DNA of 64,000 bases from Octopus sinensis (GCF_006345805.1 NC_043012.1:13826001-13890000); one strand, 5' to 3'; shown: positions 24,201 to 38,599, counted from the first letter of the stretch. Made by a program: numbers and translations. The notes: generated by a model not told the origin, from the letters alone.

Positions 24201-24799
24201 CCCTGTATATGTATAAAAGCAGGAATATATTTCAACTTATTTTTCCGAGAGCACCAGCGAATAACGGTAAAAATAATATTTTCAACCAAAACATTCCACA
24301 ATTTTCAAGTTTAAAAAGAAGAGTTAAGTCCCCTTCAAGCGATAAGTAAGTTTTTGTTAACACATTTGGTTGTTTGTTTTTTCCATCGAGGAAAAAAGTG
24401 TTTTGTAGATATACGGGAAACACACACACATACACACACGCACGCACGCACACACACACACACACACGCACATACACACGAACATGTATGCGTACAAAAA
24501 CCATGTATGTACGTGTGTGTGTGTGTGTTGTGTGTGTGTATGCTTACGACTTAGTTGTGATCTGAACATAACAGCTTCTGACACGGAGGATCGGGAGTCC
24601 TTTTGGGCATTCTATTTTCCTTGCTGGAAGGCTTCCCAACACATGGGCAAAAGGGGTTAGATGATGCGGGTGGTGTTTTCAAAGGGCTAGCATGAACATC
24701 CTGATCACCTCTGCCGATCAAACTCCCAACCCATGCACTCCCATCGCGACATCGATTCTGCAGAACTGGATTGCGTGTGAAAACCAACCTTAAAGTATA

Positions 24800-25180
24800 A
24801 ATATAGATTTTTTTAAATCAGCAATGTTGTGTTCGGTTAAGTCCTATTAGGGGTGAAAAATCAATACACTGATTCCTTATGGGATTTTCCATTTAATCAT
24901 GATAAAAAGAATCGATAAACCGATTTCTTATAGGATTTCCCAATAAAATTGGCTACACCCCATTTTCAACCATAACGTTTTCAAATGTTGTTGCATTTTC
25001 TTCAAACTTGATGTTAGCATTACCTAGGACCCATAGGATCTTGGAATGCTTTAAAATCGAAAAAAAATCGAAGAGTGGAAAACAAATCTACTAACGTAAT
25101 CCCTGGGAAAGCCGGGCTATACTTCTAGTATATATATATATATATTCTAATCCCGGGCAAAGCCAGGATATACTGCTAAT
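24800..25180 (+). mobile_element. Non-autonomous Helitron-like relic with two tandem 3' terminators
   Basis: Short GC hairpins followed by CTAG/CTAA: ccctgggaaagccgggctatacttctagt (about 25101-25129) and cccgggcaaagccaggatatactgctaat (about 25152-25180). Confidence 0.45.
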
Positions 25181-25225
25181 ATATATGTATCTATATATAT
25201 ATGATGTATAATATATAATATATAT

Positions 25226-25264
<39 letters not shown>

Positions 25265-25715
25265 ATATACATATATATATATATACATAAACATATCATA
25301 TATACAAATACACGCGTACGCGCACAAACACACGCATTATGTTGGCATAAAGTCATTTTTGAGATTGGTGATAGGTACTGTAGTGTCTGCAACAATTTCC
25401 GACAGGGAATTTTCCCCCTGGTGTTTTCGTGTGTGTTTATTGTAGAACATTCACTGAGAATTTACTTTCTCTTGTTAGTCCTATTACATCTCAGTGACAA
25501 TCTGAACTTTGCTCGGATAGAACGATGACAGGAATCTAGCGGCAAGAACGTGTTATCATCTTTACAGTACATTTCATTAATTTTTCATTTAGTTATAAAT
25601 GGTGTTCCAGTATGACCGCAGTCACATGACTAAAATGTATAGAAGAATAAAATAATAGAATGTATATATTCATGTAGCTAGCTAGCTAGCTAGAATAGAT
25701 AGATAGATAGATAAT

Positions 25716-25757
<42 letters not shown>

Positions 25758-25781
25758 GGATGGATAGATAGACAGATAGAT

Positions 25782-25881
<100 letters not shown>

Positions 25882-26009
25882 CTCGGCCCACAGAAATTAT
25901 ATTCTTATCCTCTGAACATGAAACGGGACTTCATGAAACGGTTCATTAAAACATTTCCGACTGAAGGCGGGTGTTTCAATTATCCACTTTGTCATATCCA
26001 CGGGTTTCA

Positions 26010-26420
26010 TATAAATGATTAAGTTTTCAGGTTTCATGCATTTTTCTTATACTTCCAAATAATTCTCTGTTTTGTCATGAAAGCAAATATCGTTAAGCTC
26101 CTCTTTTCCAATCTTTACATTAAAGTTTCCTGAGACGAGAGTTAAATCATGCTTTTTGTCACAAATTTCAGCAATTTCTAATCCTTCCATATTTGTAGGA
26201 ATGTAACAAGAAATTATGGTTATTTTCAGATTACTATTGAAGTCGCTGTCTTGGTGTAATAGACAAAATACAGAGCAAAGATACTGGCGCTTATGGACTT
26301 TAACTGATACCTACTGCTCCTATAGGCGAATTGTTTTGAGCTTTCTCAGCTGAAGTAGACTCAAATTCGAAGCTTTTCCGTAAATCATATTTGATATATT
26401 TCTTCAAGAAATATTGTTTA
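26010..26420 (-). mobile_element. RTE-like LINE apurinic endonuclease relic
   Basis: SAEKAQNNSPIGAVGIS*SP..SLLCILSITPR and ISCYIPT...LTLVSGNFNVKIG (APE motifs ISCYSPT and GDFNAKIG). Confidence 0.7.
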
Positions 26421-26755
26421 ATTATATTTCCTTATTTATTTATCTATCATTTTATTATTGTTGACCTGATTTTATTATTGTTTTTCGATTAAATTCAAAT
26501 TTAATTGTAATTCGAATTTAAATTGTAGCCATGAAACGTACGTAGTCTTTTTACTTGTTTTATATTGTCTATTCATTTTTAAATCATTTTTATACTTTTT
26601 GTGATCACGTTATATGCTTTGAGATATATATATATATTTATTTATGATTTAGTTTATGTCTATCATTGTTTGAATTGCATAATAGTGGTTTTTCTCTAAT
26701 TTATATATTTATTATTATCATTATTACTATTATTATTATTATTATTATTATTATG

Positions 26756-26790
<35 letters not shown>

Positions 26791-26962
26791 CATTATTATA
26801 TATCAAAATTAGCAAGAGAATATCATGTGGTGATGCCGTACGACCATTTCTAGCGGCTCCATTTAATTGAACAATGCAATTATTACATCAGTTTAAGTGC
26901 TGTGCTATATTCAGCTGCATAGATAAATAAATAGAATTTATATATAATATATATATATATAT

Positions 26963-27009
<47 letters not shown>

Positions 27010-27239
27010 CATACATACATACATACATACATACATACATACAAAGACAGATAGAGAGTGCACGAAGGCAAGATAATTTTTGTCTGTAACGTAATGAATT
27101 GCACGTTTTGTGTGTGAGAATTAGAATATGTGTAAAGAATTATATATATATATATATATAATATATATATATATCCGTCTTTCTGTCTATGGATGTAGGT
27201 ATCTATCTATCTATCTAATATATCTATCTATCTATCATA

Positions 27240-27278
<39 letters not shown>

Positions 27279-27289
27279 TATAAATTAAG

Positions 27290-27480
27290 TTCGTTGTCGA
27301 AATCAGTGCGAATCGCAGATGCTGCTGCACTCGCTTACGGAAACGACTTCCACGCAGGATTGCAAAAGCGGCAGGATCGCTGGGACCGGTGTATTGCTGC
27401 GCAAGGTCACTATTTCGAAGATTATGTCAAAACTTAGGTACATAACTTATTTTTTGTTAAGCGTAAGTAGACCGGGACGC
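27290..27480 (+). mobile_element. Mariner 3' relic
   Basis: NDFHAGLQKRQDRWDRCIAAQGHYFED is a typical mariner C-terminus. A TIR-like ccgggacgctttt follows. Confidence 0.7.
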
Positions 27481-27490
27481 TTTTAATACC

Positions 27491-27723
27491 TATTTCTTTA
27501 TTGCCCACAAAGGGCTAAACATAGAGGGGACAAACAAGGACAGACTTAGCTATTAAGTCGATTATATCGACCTCAGTGCACAACTGGTACTTAATTTATC
27601 GACCCCGAAAGGATGAAAGGCAAAGTCGACTTCGGCGGAATTTGAACTCAGAACGTAACGTCAGACGAAATACCGCTAAGCATTTCGCCCGGCGTGCTAA
27701 CGTTTCTGCCAACTCGCCGCTTA
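27491..27723 (-). mobile_element. Full-length SINE family B copy with 7-bp target-site duplication TAATACC
   Basis: A-box tggcagaaacg and B-box gagttcaaattcc on the minus strand. taatacc at 27484-27490 and 27724-27730. Confidence 0.85.
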
Positions 27724-28594
27724 TAATACCACCTCGTATATTGTTACCCTACTCACCCTCACTTATGTATAAGTAAACATAAATTTTATTCAAGCTAAAT
27801 TCATGAACATTCTTTGTCGGCTCATTTAAGTAAAATATACGTTTCTTATAAGTGTATGCATAATATACTTCTACAATAAATTTGGAATTGTAAACATGGG
27901 AACTTTCAGGAAATATAAAACTCCTCCATATTCTTAAACAAATGATCATCTAGATACATGTATGCAAAATCTGTATCACCATTATATACACGTGTGAGTG
28001 TTCGTGCGTTTGGACGTGTGTGTGTGTGCGTGTGTGTGTATGTGTGTGCGGGCGTGTGTTTATGTACGTATGCGCGCGTGTTCTTATAAATACGTGCTTA
28101 CGTATATAATTCAGATCCTATTTTGTATGTTTTACTGACTTAATCAATACCCATGATGATAATTCGCTATAGCGTATATTGAGAAACAACTTAGGAAATA
28201 TTATCAATGTTAGATAAATAGGAATTACTATGCAGGTTGGTAGCTGGATGAAATGGAATTATGAGAAAGTTATGAACCATATCGTTTTATCTGTAATCCA
28301 AAGCAAACACAACCGTATATTCATCTTCTATATTTTTGTCTAAATATGTTCTCTTACATAAATCTAGTCTTACTCAAGGGAAGACGCGTTATAGATGAAA
28401 AATAAATCATGAAAAAGAAAAGAAGAAGAAAATAAAGAATTAATTTAGGAAAAGGAAAGAAAAAGGATGGAAATGTTTTTTTGAAAATTTTCAAGAGATT
28501 GTAAAATAGCAGATTGAAAAATAACAAAGTGATATTGTGCTCATGTAATTATATATGCAAAGACTGAAATATTAGCCATGGTTCTATGTCCAGT

Positions 28595-28865
28595 TCCTCT
28601 GAAGAAGAAGAAGAAGAAGAAGAAGAAGAAGAAGAAGAAGAAAAAGAAGAAGAAAAGAGAAGAAGAAAAAGGAGAGAAGAAGAAGAAAAGAAAAGAAAAA
28701 GAAAACAAAAGAAGAAGAGAAGAAAAAAGAAACAAAGAAGTAAAAAAAGAAAAAGAAAAAGAAAAAGAAGAAAAGAAAAAGAAAAAGAAAAAGAAAAAGA
28801 AAAAGAAAAAGAAGAAGAAGAAGAAGAAGAAGAAGAAGAAGAAGAAGAAGAAGAAGAAGAAGAGA
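28595..28865. repeat. Polypurine (GAA)n/(GAAAAA)n array
   Basis: Directly visible. It explains the poly-K, poly-E and poly-F ORFs. Confidence 0.95.
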
Positions 28866-29111
28866 AGAATCTCTACAACGATCTTCTGGACATACGATAC
28901 ACGAGATAAGAGTTGTTGCACTTGAAGGATAAAATTAACTCTGTGTTAATAAGCTATCAGTTTCCGCAAGACCGTCATATTGCTATATTCCTTAAATTAT
29001 TGAAGTCTGTATTTCTGGTAGTCTTGTTTCTTCGTACCTTGATACCGAGATATTTATTTCTCTTTGTGGTAACAATCGAACAGTTACCACATGCATGCAT
29101 ATATATATATA

Positions 29112-29185
<74 letters not shown>

Positions 29186-29329
29186 ATACACACACACACA
29201 CTTGTTTTATTTACATTTCCTGAGCGCCATACTAATACAATTGTTTGTTTGTATTCCACCTGCCTTCGTCTTTTGTTTATTTCCGTAAACCTGCCTTCGT
29301 CTTTTGTCTATTTTCATAAAGCTTCCCGT

Positions 29330-29375
<46 letters not shown>

Positions 29376-29618
29376 TATATATATGAGATAATGGTGTCAA
29401 TGAGATCCAAAAGTGTCAGGCAATGCTGAAGAAGTGCTATAGATAGACCAAATTAAGTTCCAGATTCGGTAATATTGCGAATAAAGGGTTCAACGTTGGT
29501 TCTATGTCAGCGTGTGTATATAAGAATTTTTTGCGCAATGAGATGAAAAAAAAACAAGGCTGTATAGATAGTAGAGCATTTATTGATAGAAGGTCTTACA
29601 GCTGTTTCTAGAATATCC

Positions 29619-29673
29619 GTCTCCGATGAAGGGATATTATTATTAATTAACATTCTAGAAACAGCTGTAAGAC
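29619..29673 (+). ncRNA. Degenerate type I hammerhead ribozyme motif inside a 190-bp inverted repeat (29537-29726)
   Basis: Stem I gtct/agac; core CCGATGA (U4 to C); stem II gggat/attct; GAAA; palindromic stem-loop III acagctgt; GUA triplet. Confidence 0.5.
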
Positions 29674-31213
29674 CTTCTATCTATAAATGCTCTAATATCT
29701 ATACAGACTTGGTTTTTGATCTCATTACGAAAACAAAAATATATATATATATATATTGTGAGTTTAGAGGGATATGTTAGCTGGGCGGATACCGTAGCCG
29801 CTATGAGTTGTGTTTTAAGTTATGGTTAAACGCATTGATTAGTATTTAGTGTCTATGACTATTGAGTTGTCACTGAAGCTGTTAATTCCTCCGATGGGTA
29901 ATTCCGTGTTCGCTTCTGTGGATGGAAACATTATTGAAGCGAGACTAACTGGTGAACAGATGGACAGACCTTGAAAGGAACTGCATAGAAAATTGTGCTT
30001 GCATGTGTATCTGGCCATACTGTGTGCAATAGAAACACGTGTAGGTCTTAATATCCATAAGAATATTCTGTATGAAATTGTAAAATAAATTTTGAAGAGG
30101 AACAATTCTCCATATTCTTGTGCATGTATATGTGCATGTATATGTGCAAACATAAATATATGCATACATAAATATATATGTATGTCTCTACTCACACACT
30201 CTCATACGCATGCATGCGTATCCTAAGTTGTGCTAAAGACTAAGATTATGTCATTCGATGACATGTAAAGCATGCCTACAGCTGTCAAGTGACTTCTAAA
30301 AATTAAAATTAATCCATTCATTATTTTATAGATTATTAATTTTAATTAACTTAAAATTCAAATTTTGTGCACTGCAGTTCTCTTCTAAACGTGACATTTT
30401 AAACAATGACTTTTTTCTTGTCATTAGAGTACAATTTTAATTAATTAAATATCTCTTCTCTCATTTCGTCGAATATTACTTTCAGGTCACTCTTAATATT
30501 TTCAATTTCGATGTCTTCCATGCTGATTTTCGGTGTTTTTCTCACATATTAAAATAACAGTTTCTTTGTTATTCTTCTTCAAACCTCAGTTTGGCTTCTT
30601 TATAAATACATAACAAAATCGTGAATTTTCTTATAATTTAACCAAAATCTGAATCTCTACGCATTTGTCGAGATTGAAGTCAACTGCATAATATTTCTGC
30701 AGTTCGCAATATTTTCAGCGATAAACTTATTATATGAGCAAAATAAGAACGTCATGCTTAATGAATATCGATATCGACGAAGATATTAGAAAAAGACGCA
30801 GAGAAGTGGATAAACTTTTTCTATGACAACTCGTTAGCTTGTCACATGAATAATGCTTCATTCAAATGTGTCATTGCTTGTTTGCAGAGCATTAAGGCAA
30901 ATATATATTTATACACTATAAGCAACTCATAAAATAATTCGATACAAATGTCCACATATTTTACGCTGTTTGCGCTGTCCTCACATTCAAACCCAAACAT
31001 TCTCAAATGTTCCTATTGGAGCGTCCCGCGCGAATGCCTAGCAGCACAGGATGTCGTTTCCAAATTTCTGGCAGAGCGAACTGTGTGAGAGCGAAGAGCG
31101 GTTTTTCTCTTCGACGGTGCCCAGCTGTACTGTTTAGACAACAAAATTGAAAACAAGCAATGTGCATGTGCGAAACAATATAAAAAGGTGACAATTTATC
31201 CATCGCAACCTCT

Positions 31214-31263
<50 letters not shown>

Positions 31264-33835
31264 TCTTTTATTCGTTTATTTGTTACAATCATATGACTGC
31301 GGCCATGTTGAAGCAGCGCTTTTAGTCGAACAAATCGACTCCAGGACTTTGTAAACCCAGTACATATTCTATCGGTCTCTTTTACAGAACCGCTATGTTA
31401 CGGGGACGTAATCACACCAACATCGATTGTCAAGTGATGGTGTCAGGACAAACACAGACGCACAAACATACGCACACACAAGCACACATTCACACACACA
31501 CACATATATATACGACGAGCTTCTTTCAGTTTCGATCTACCAAATCCACTCACTCACAGTGGTACTGAACCCAGAATGAATGTGGTTGGGAAGCAAGCCT
31601 CTTACCACACACCTATATATATATATATATATAATCATTGGCATGCAGTGGAAACATGCAGGTTATGCACTGCACGTCCGTTTATTTTTTGTATAACTTG
31701 AAAATTAATGTAAGAAGGTAATGTATGTATAACAACACGGGAAAGTTGTTCAAATCAATGGAAACTGAGCTAAAATAGTTACTTCAAAGGAAACCCGTCC
31801 AGATTTGATACTTTGCTGTATTTACATGCTATATTCTGCTTCATCTAGGCATGCATAAAAAAACGCGTATGAAATATCTTGTCCTCCCCTTCCTATCTTT
31901 CAGTAACTATCATTTCTCTCCTGCCTATCTGCAAGGTCAATGCATGTATGATTTTTTATTTCGATAAAATAACTACAGAATGTATGCTTTGAGAAAAATT
32001 ACAGTTTTGGTTTCTCCCCTCACTTTTCATCAGTTCTTCTTTGGCAACAATTCTTTAATAGATGTCTTTAATGCGACAGGCTAAATGGTTGAATGGGTTT
32101 TTAACTCGTAAATATTCTGACCAAAACATATCCCATAATTCTTAATTAATCAGCTCAAATGTTGCTGTGGCTTTGGAATTTCTATTTCGCTCTGTCGTAA
32201 GTTTTGTAATTATTATCATTCACCAACCACTGTATTGAACAAATTTTCAAAAATTCTGGAATCAAAAATATAATATAGCTTTCGTCGCTATACTAAAATT
32301 ATCTTTGCGCTTTGTTGAAAACGGTTTCCAGTTCACGCATACACCCGAAAACACGTCCTGTATTACTTTCATAACTATCTTTAGGATTTTTTAAATGACT
32401 GAAATGTGTGTTATGGAAGAAATGTTGAAAAATGGTTTCTCAAAAATAGAATTTGAAAGGAAACAATTAATCATAAATGTTGGTTGATCAACACTGAAAT
32501 TACCTGATTCGCGAAGCCACAGCAAGAAATTCACGAGACAATCTCATTTGAAGTTCATTTGTATGAAAAGAAAAGGTAAACTTGTAGTGCTACGCTTAAT
32601 ATAATATTCTGCTGGCTTTGCGTGCTGTTTCGTTTTGAAAAAAATAACTGTTTGGAATGATAAAGATTATGATGATTTAAATAATTTATTTATGGCTATG
32701 CTAAAACATGAACGTTCTCAAAGGCATACATCTTGAAACGTTCGGGAATGTTCGCATAGACTTACAGTTAGATGCGTGTAAAAAAAAAACAGAGCATGCG
32801 TTAGACGAAACAGATCCATTCTGCAACGATTGATTGAGGTAGTTACTTTTTAGGTCGTCGGGTATTATCATTTCGAGGTCATACTGAATCTGAAAGATCT
32901 AATAATCGTAGAAATTATAAAGAACGCTTATATTTAATCAGTAAATATGACGAAAAATTGGCAAGCTATCTAGATATAACATCTTTTTCCGGTCTATCAC
33001 TCAAGCAGCCTGTTCTAACACTTACCGCATTCAGAACATTAACAGACAATGATGCTCGCACACAACGACATTGAAACATACACATATGAATATAAACACA
33101 CTCACACATTCACTGATGTGTGTGTGCGTGTGTGTATTCATATAAATCATTTTATATAAATCATTTTCGTTTACACTCTTTCAAATTTTCATTCACCTTT
33201 AGGTAAGTGTAATTTACGTCCTCGTTTTCGCCTTCCATGTTGCGATATTTCATATCATTGTTACTCCCAGCAAATGAAAAGAGGCGCTAGGTTTTTGCTT
33301 AGTGTATTTAGGGCGTTTTACGATGTTGACGTTTCGTTGTCTTTCATTGTGAGTGTCTTTATGTATATGCGTGTATGATCAATGTGCGCGCACGAGACGT
33401 AGTCTTTTAATGTACGGATTTCAGTAAGTATAAGAACAAGCTGCTCGCATGACTGTCAGTTATTTTCCCCAAATTGGTGAGATAAAGTAACTGATTTGTC
33501 TTTGACAGCATAGCAGTCTAAAACCATGGCCATATAACGTAACTGTGTTCTCTTAGATAATTCCAAAATGACTCGGCTCAATCAATAAGTATTATTGCAT
33601 GACAAACCTCAGAAATCACTGCACGCCAATGAGATATATATATATATATGTATGTGTTGTATGTATGTATGTATGTATGTATGTATGTATGTATGTATGT
33701 ATGTATGTATGTTTGTATGTATGTATCTATGTATGTATCTATGTATGTATCTATGTATGTATGTATTTTGTATGTATGTATGTCAGAAATACAGGTCAGT
33801 TTCTCCTCTACAATATTTTGTAAATATATTTCCTT

Positions 33836-33902
<67 letters not shown>

Positions 33903-33912
33903 TTATAGAAGG

Positions 33913-33963
33913 AGCTTCTACAGGACTAGAACTGTTTCATTCAGATGAAATCTTCAGGAAGCT
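33913..33963 (-). ncRNA. Type I hammerhead ribozyme (copy 1, family 1)
   Basis: Exact reverse complement of 35790-35840. Confidence 0.8.
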
Positions 33964-34445
33964 GGCTGTCAAAATAAGTTCAGGTATTTATGCATTTAGG
34001 CAGATTTAATGGAGTGGTGGTGGCAGGGGGGACGTTTTTTGGGTAGGTTGGTATTTAGGAGATAAACAGGGCACAAGCTTTGTTCTTAGGGGAGTGGTCA
34101 AAAGCCAGAGTGTTTTTTTAAATGAGAAGAATCAGTGAGAAAATAAATAAATGAATAAATAGAATAAATGAATAGAAACCCCAAGAATAGTATTTCAAAC
34201 AGATTATGGGATGGGATTTTAGGTAAATTAGAAGACAATTGCTTTTAGGTGGTCAAGAAGAGGTAGGCAGTTTGTTATTGTTAGGTGGAGGGAATAAATA
34301 GATAAATATACATGAAAAAACATTAAAAAAAAATAAAATAAAAAATAAAAAAACATTAAATAAATATACATACAAACACACATACATACACATGCGAATA
34401 TACATATGCCTACATACATTCGCACATATATATACATACATACAT

Positions 34446-34477
<32 letters not shown>

Positions 34478-35789
34478 ATACACCCATATATATATACATA
34501 TATATACATATATACATATATATATACATGTACATATACATACATACACCTACATACACACACGCACATAAGTATACATACATAAAAATCCCCATGTACA
34601 TATAAACATATACATAATTATGCATATATAAGCACATACATAAATATACATATGTACACACAAACACACACATAAATATATACACGCATATATAAACACA
34701 TATCCACATATAAAAACATATGTGCATATAAATACATGTACATATATATAAGTATATATACGCATATAAATACATATATGCATATATAAATACACACGCA
34801 TACACACATATGCATATATATATACATACATAAACATATACATATGCATATACATACATATAAATATATACACATGTACACACATACATACATAAATACA
34901 TACACACACATACAAACATATGTATATACATATATATATATATACGCGTATACATACATATGTACATATATAAACACAAACACATATACACGCATACACA
35001 TACAAATGTACATATACATATGCACATATACATATATATGCACCCATATACATACATGTGCATATATACATATGTATATATATATATATGTGTATATAGT
35101 CTTAGGAGAGAAGGTAATTGGGGGTGATGAAGGAACGGTGGTGTGGTGTGTTTGGGGTTTTTTGGGTGGGGTGTCGTCAATCGGGTGGCCGGGTGGGTCT
35201 GTAATTTTTGTAGTTTGCATAGATTTTGTGCATACAGTTTCAGGAGCGTTCCGAGATCTTGTTGAGGAGAGGGCCTTTGGCGGATAAGATCTCCAAGCTC
35301 TCAGAAATGCAAAGGTCACAGCAAGTATGCCCTCCCGTGTAAGAACGCGCTCTCTGGAGTAGTCTCCACTTGATCTTGAAGAGGATGGGGTTCCTTTTAA
35401 GGTGCCAGATATGTTTTTGGTGCCAGATATGTTTTTTCATGTATATTTATCTATTTATTCCTCCACCTAACAATAACAAACTGCCTACCTCTTCTTGACC
35501 ACCTAAAAGCAATTGTCTTCTAATTTACCTAAAATCCCATCCCATATATCTGTTGAAATACTATTCTTGGGGTTTCTATTCATTTATTCTATTTATTCAT
35601 TTATTTATTTTCTCACTGATTCTTCTCATTTAAAAAAACACTCTGGCCTTTTGACCACTCCCCTAAGAACAATAGCTTGTGCCCTGTTTATCTCTTAAAT
35701 ACCAACCTACCCAAAAAACGTCCCCCCTGCCACCACCACTCCATTAAATCTGCCTAAATGCATAAATACCTGAACTTATTTTGACAGCC

Positions 35790-35840
35790 AGCTTCCTGAA
35801 GATTTCATCTGAATGAAACAGTTCTAGTCCTGTAGAAGCT
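35790..35840 (+). ncRNA. Type I hammerhead ribozyme (copy 2, family 1)
   Basis: Stem I agcttc/gaagct; CUGAAGA 35796-35802; stem II ttc/gaa with ATCT loop; GAAA 35815-35818; stem III acag/ctgt; GUA cleavage triplet 35832-35834. Confidence 0.8.
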
Positions 35841-35922
35841 CCTTCTATAAAATAAATTACTTTACTCTGCTATGTATTGAGTACCTTATTTACTGTGGTG
35901 AACCCCGACTCAACCCGCGACC

Positions 35923-35994
<72 letters not shown>

Positions 35995-38341
35995 CTACCA
36001 AACAAACATGATTTTTTATTGAACTCAACAAACTTTTTGGACTCCCATTCTCATTACTGTCTTAATATTTTCTTAAATATTTTCTTTAAACTGTTTTTAA
36101 CATTTTCTTATTAACCTCAAAGAATGTATATCTGTATTTTAATAGTTTTGTGGTAACCAGTACTTAACACAACAAAGCTCATACAAAGCTTTACATTTTA
36201 CTTTTGACAATCTTTTTCTAAAAAGGTGAAATATGTCAAGTGAATAAACAACTTTACAATTGCATTTTCAAACCCTCTTTCATACACACACATATATATA
36301 TATCTATCCATATATATATATATATACACACACATATATACATATATATATAGATATATACACGTATATATATTATATATATATATAGATATAGATATAT
36401 TTATATATATATATATATATATAATATATATATACATATATGCATATACATATACACATATACATACATATAATTATTAAACTTACTGCTAATAATTCGA
36501 TATGTATATTAATTATATATATATGTGTGTGTGTGTGTATTAATTTAATTTTTACTTTTAGTATTTCGATTTATTTATATATAAATATAAATATAAGCAC
36601 ACACCCTCCACACACATATATATATATATATATATATACACATGTAAAGGATGATTTAAGTACGTTTCATTTATTCGTCTGAAAAAGAGTGACTTTTTAT
36701 AATAAGTTACTGACCGTACGTGACTGTACAAATATTTATAGGGAGATGATTTGTTCATATTCGCATTTTTATCTTCGTAACGTCCTGGTTATATTTACTG
36801 CCAAGTCAACTACCTCTTTTTAGCTTGTCATTTTCTAACTGCAGGGTGCTCATTGATACGTCACCTGGATTGAACGAGTTACTACACTCTTGTCTCTTAA
36901 AAGCTTGAGAAATGCCGAAAGAAATAAAAATTTCGGTCAGGAGAACCTGTGTAATTGTGTTTCACAAGGCTTTTTGTGAGTTTTTTTAAAAAATATAAAT
37001 ACTTTATTCTCTTAACACACAGGATGGTATACAAATTGTTTAAATCTTAGTAGTCTGTTTATATATATATATATATTGAATTTTGCAGCCGGTATGATTC
37101 GTTGGAGTATAACGTTACACCTGGAAAAATTTTATTATATTGTGCAAGTATGTTTTTTTTTATGTCTAGTAGTTTCCAATACATGCCACCCGTGTCCACT
37201 CTACTGATGTCGTTCAAGAGAAATTTTTTCCATGCTGGATTACAAAGCGCAATCATCTGATCAGGAACAATTCTCACCAGGCATTTTATTTACCGCGTTA
37301 ACTGTTCTCTCAAACCAATTACTACACACACATATCCTCGCTCGTGTATTCGTGATTCTTCGGATATGCTTGCATATCTATAATTTCACTGGTATTTTAA
37401 ACTCGTTTTTGTGTTGTAGATTAAAGTCTTTAGAGAAGTAGAAATTTGGAGTGAACTGTTCCTGCAATGTGAATTGAAATTGGATTGCTGCTGATATTTT
37501 AAGAGATTTTACATTCTGTTCACTGACATTTTGCAAATTAATGACCGATTAGTAAAAAAAACAAACAAAAACAAACTACAGGCAATTCCTTTCACTACGT
37601 CAAAGTACATCTAAACGCATATGTCTCGATCAAATAAACGATTCTAGCTTTTTTTTCTATATCCATCAAATGAATGGAGAGTGGTGAAAATTTGTAGTAG
37701 CTCTATAATTTCACGGAAACTCTAATATAATTCAAATAGGATGTCATGATCAATAAGATTGTTTACAATATGATTTGGTTCTATATACATCTACAAAATA
37801 TTATGGCTCTTGACTCATAACAAGCGCCTACAAGAAAGCAAATACGTGCTCACACGCTCGCATGCACGCACACACACGCACGTACATACAGTAACACACA
37901 CAAACACACATATATACACATGTATCCACTGACAGATATGCTGAGACACACTGTTACGCACATATTTACATACGTTTAAAGACACATATATGTGTATGTG
38001 TGTGTAATGTGTGTGCGTGTATGTGTATGTTAGTGCGTGAATGTAAGTGTGTGAATGTTCTATTTCCAGCCTAACATTTATTGTGTTCTTTCACTGTTGT
38101 CTCTTTCATTTACGGAAATAATGGTTTGCTTTTGATGTTACGAGCCAATTTGAAAATTACTTTCGAAACAGAAAACAGGTAAATAACGGTAAATAAGTCT
38201 TGAAGCAGGCTTGCCACAAGCAATCATAAACGCAAGAAAAGCAGAAGATTTGACAATAGCACTGGCACGAAAACAACAAGAAATAAAGCAAAATTCGAGT
38301 GAAACTAAAAATATATAGACATGCATATATATCTATATATA

Positions 38342-38409
<68 letters not shown>

Positions 38410-38599
38410 ATAATATATATATATATTGTGTGTGTGTGTGTGTGTGTACAGTGTGAATGTTTATATTCCAAGACTATTTTTATTTACTATTGAATTTCTA
38501 ACAAATAATACATTTTTAGCTCTTGGTCCCTACCCAGTCTAATCTCCTGTAGTTTCTCTCTATCGTACTCTCTTTCAAAATTAAGGTAAACAAATTTCC

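Larger units (their letters stand above)
33903..35925 (-). mobile_element. Penelope-like element: GIY-YIG C-terminus plus 3' pLTR, with an inverted pLTR copy (arms about 33903-34322 and 35430-35850)
   Basis: Minus ORF 35240-35430 KHIWHLKRNPILFKIKWRLLQRARSYTGGHTCCDLCISESLEILSAKGPLLNK is the PLE endonuclease C-terminus (C.LC...I...LLNKR). Inverted arms, hammerheads and (TA)n on both flanks. Confidence 0.85.

Noticed and set aside
24551-24787. GC-richer patch with a 78-aa minus ORF
   Set aside because: No recognisable domain in any frame; likely an unidentified TE fragment.
27640-27723. tRNA gene calls at A/B-box motifs (also about 4730-4800, 42523-42600, 48370-48432)
   Set aside because: These are SINE heads followed by SINE bodies, with no complete cloverleaf.
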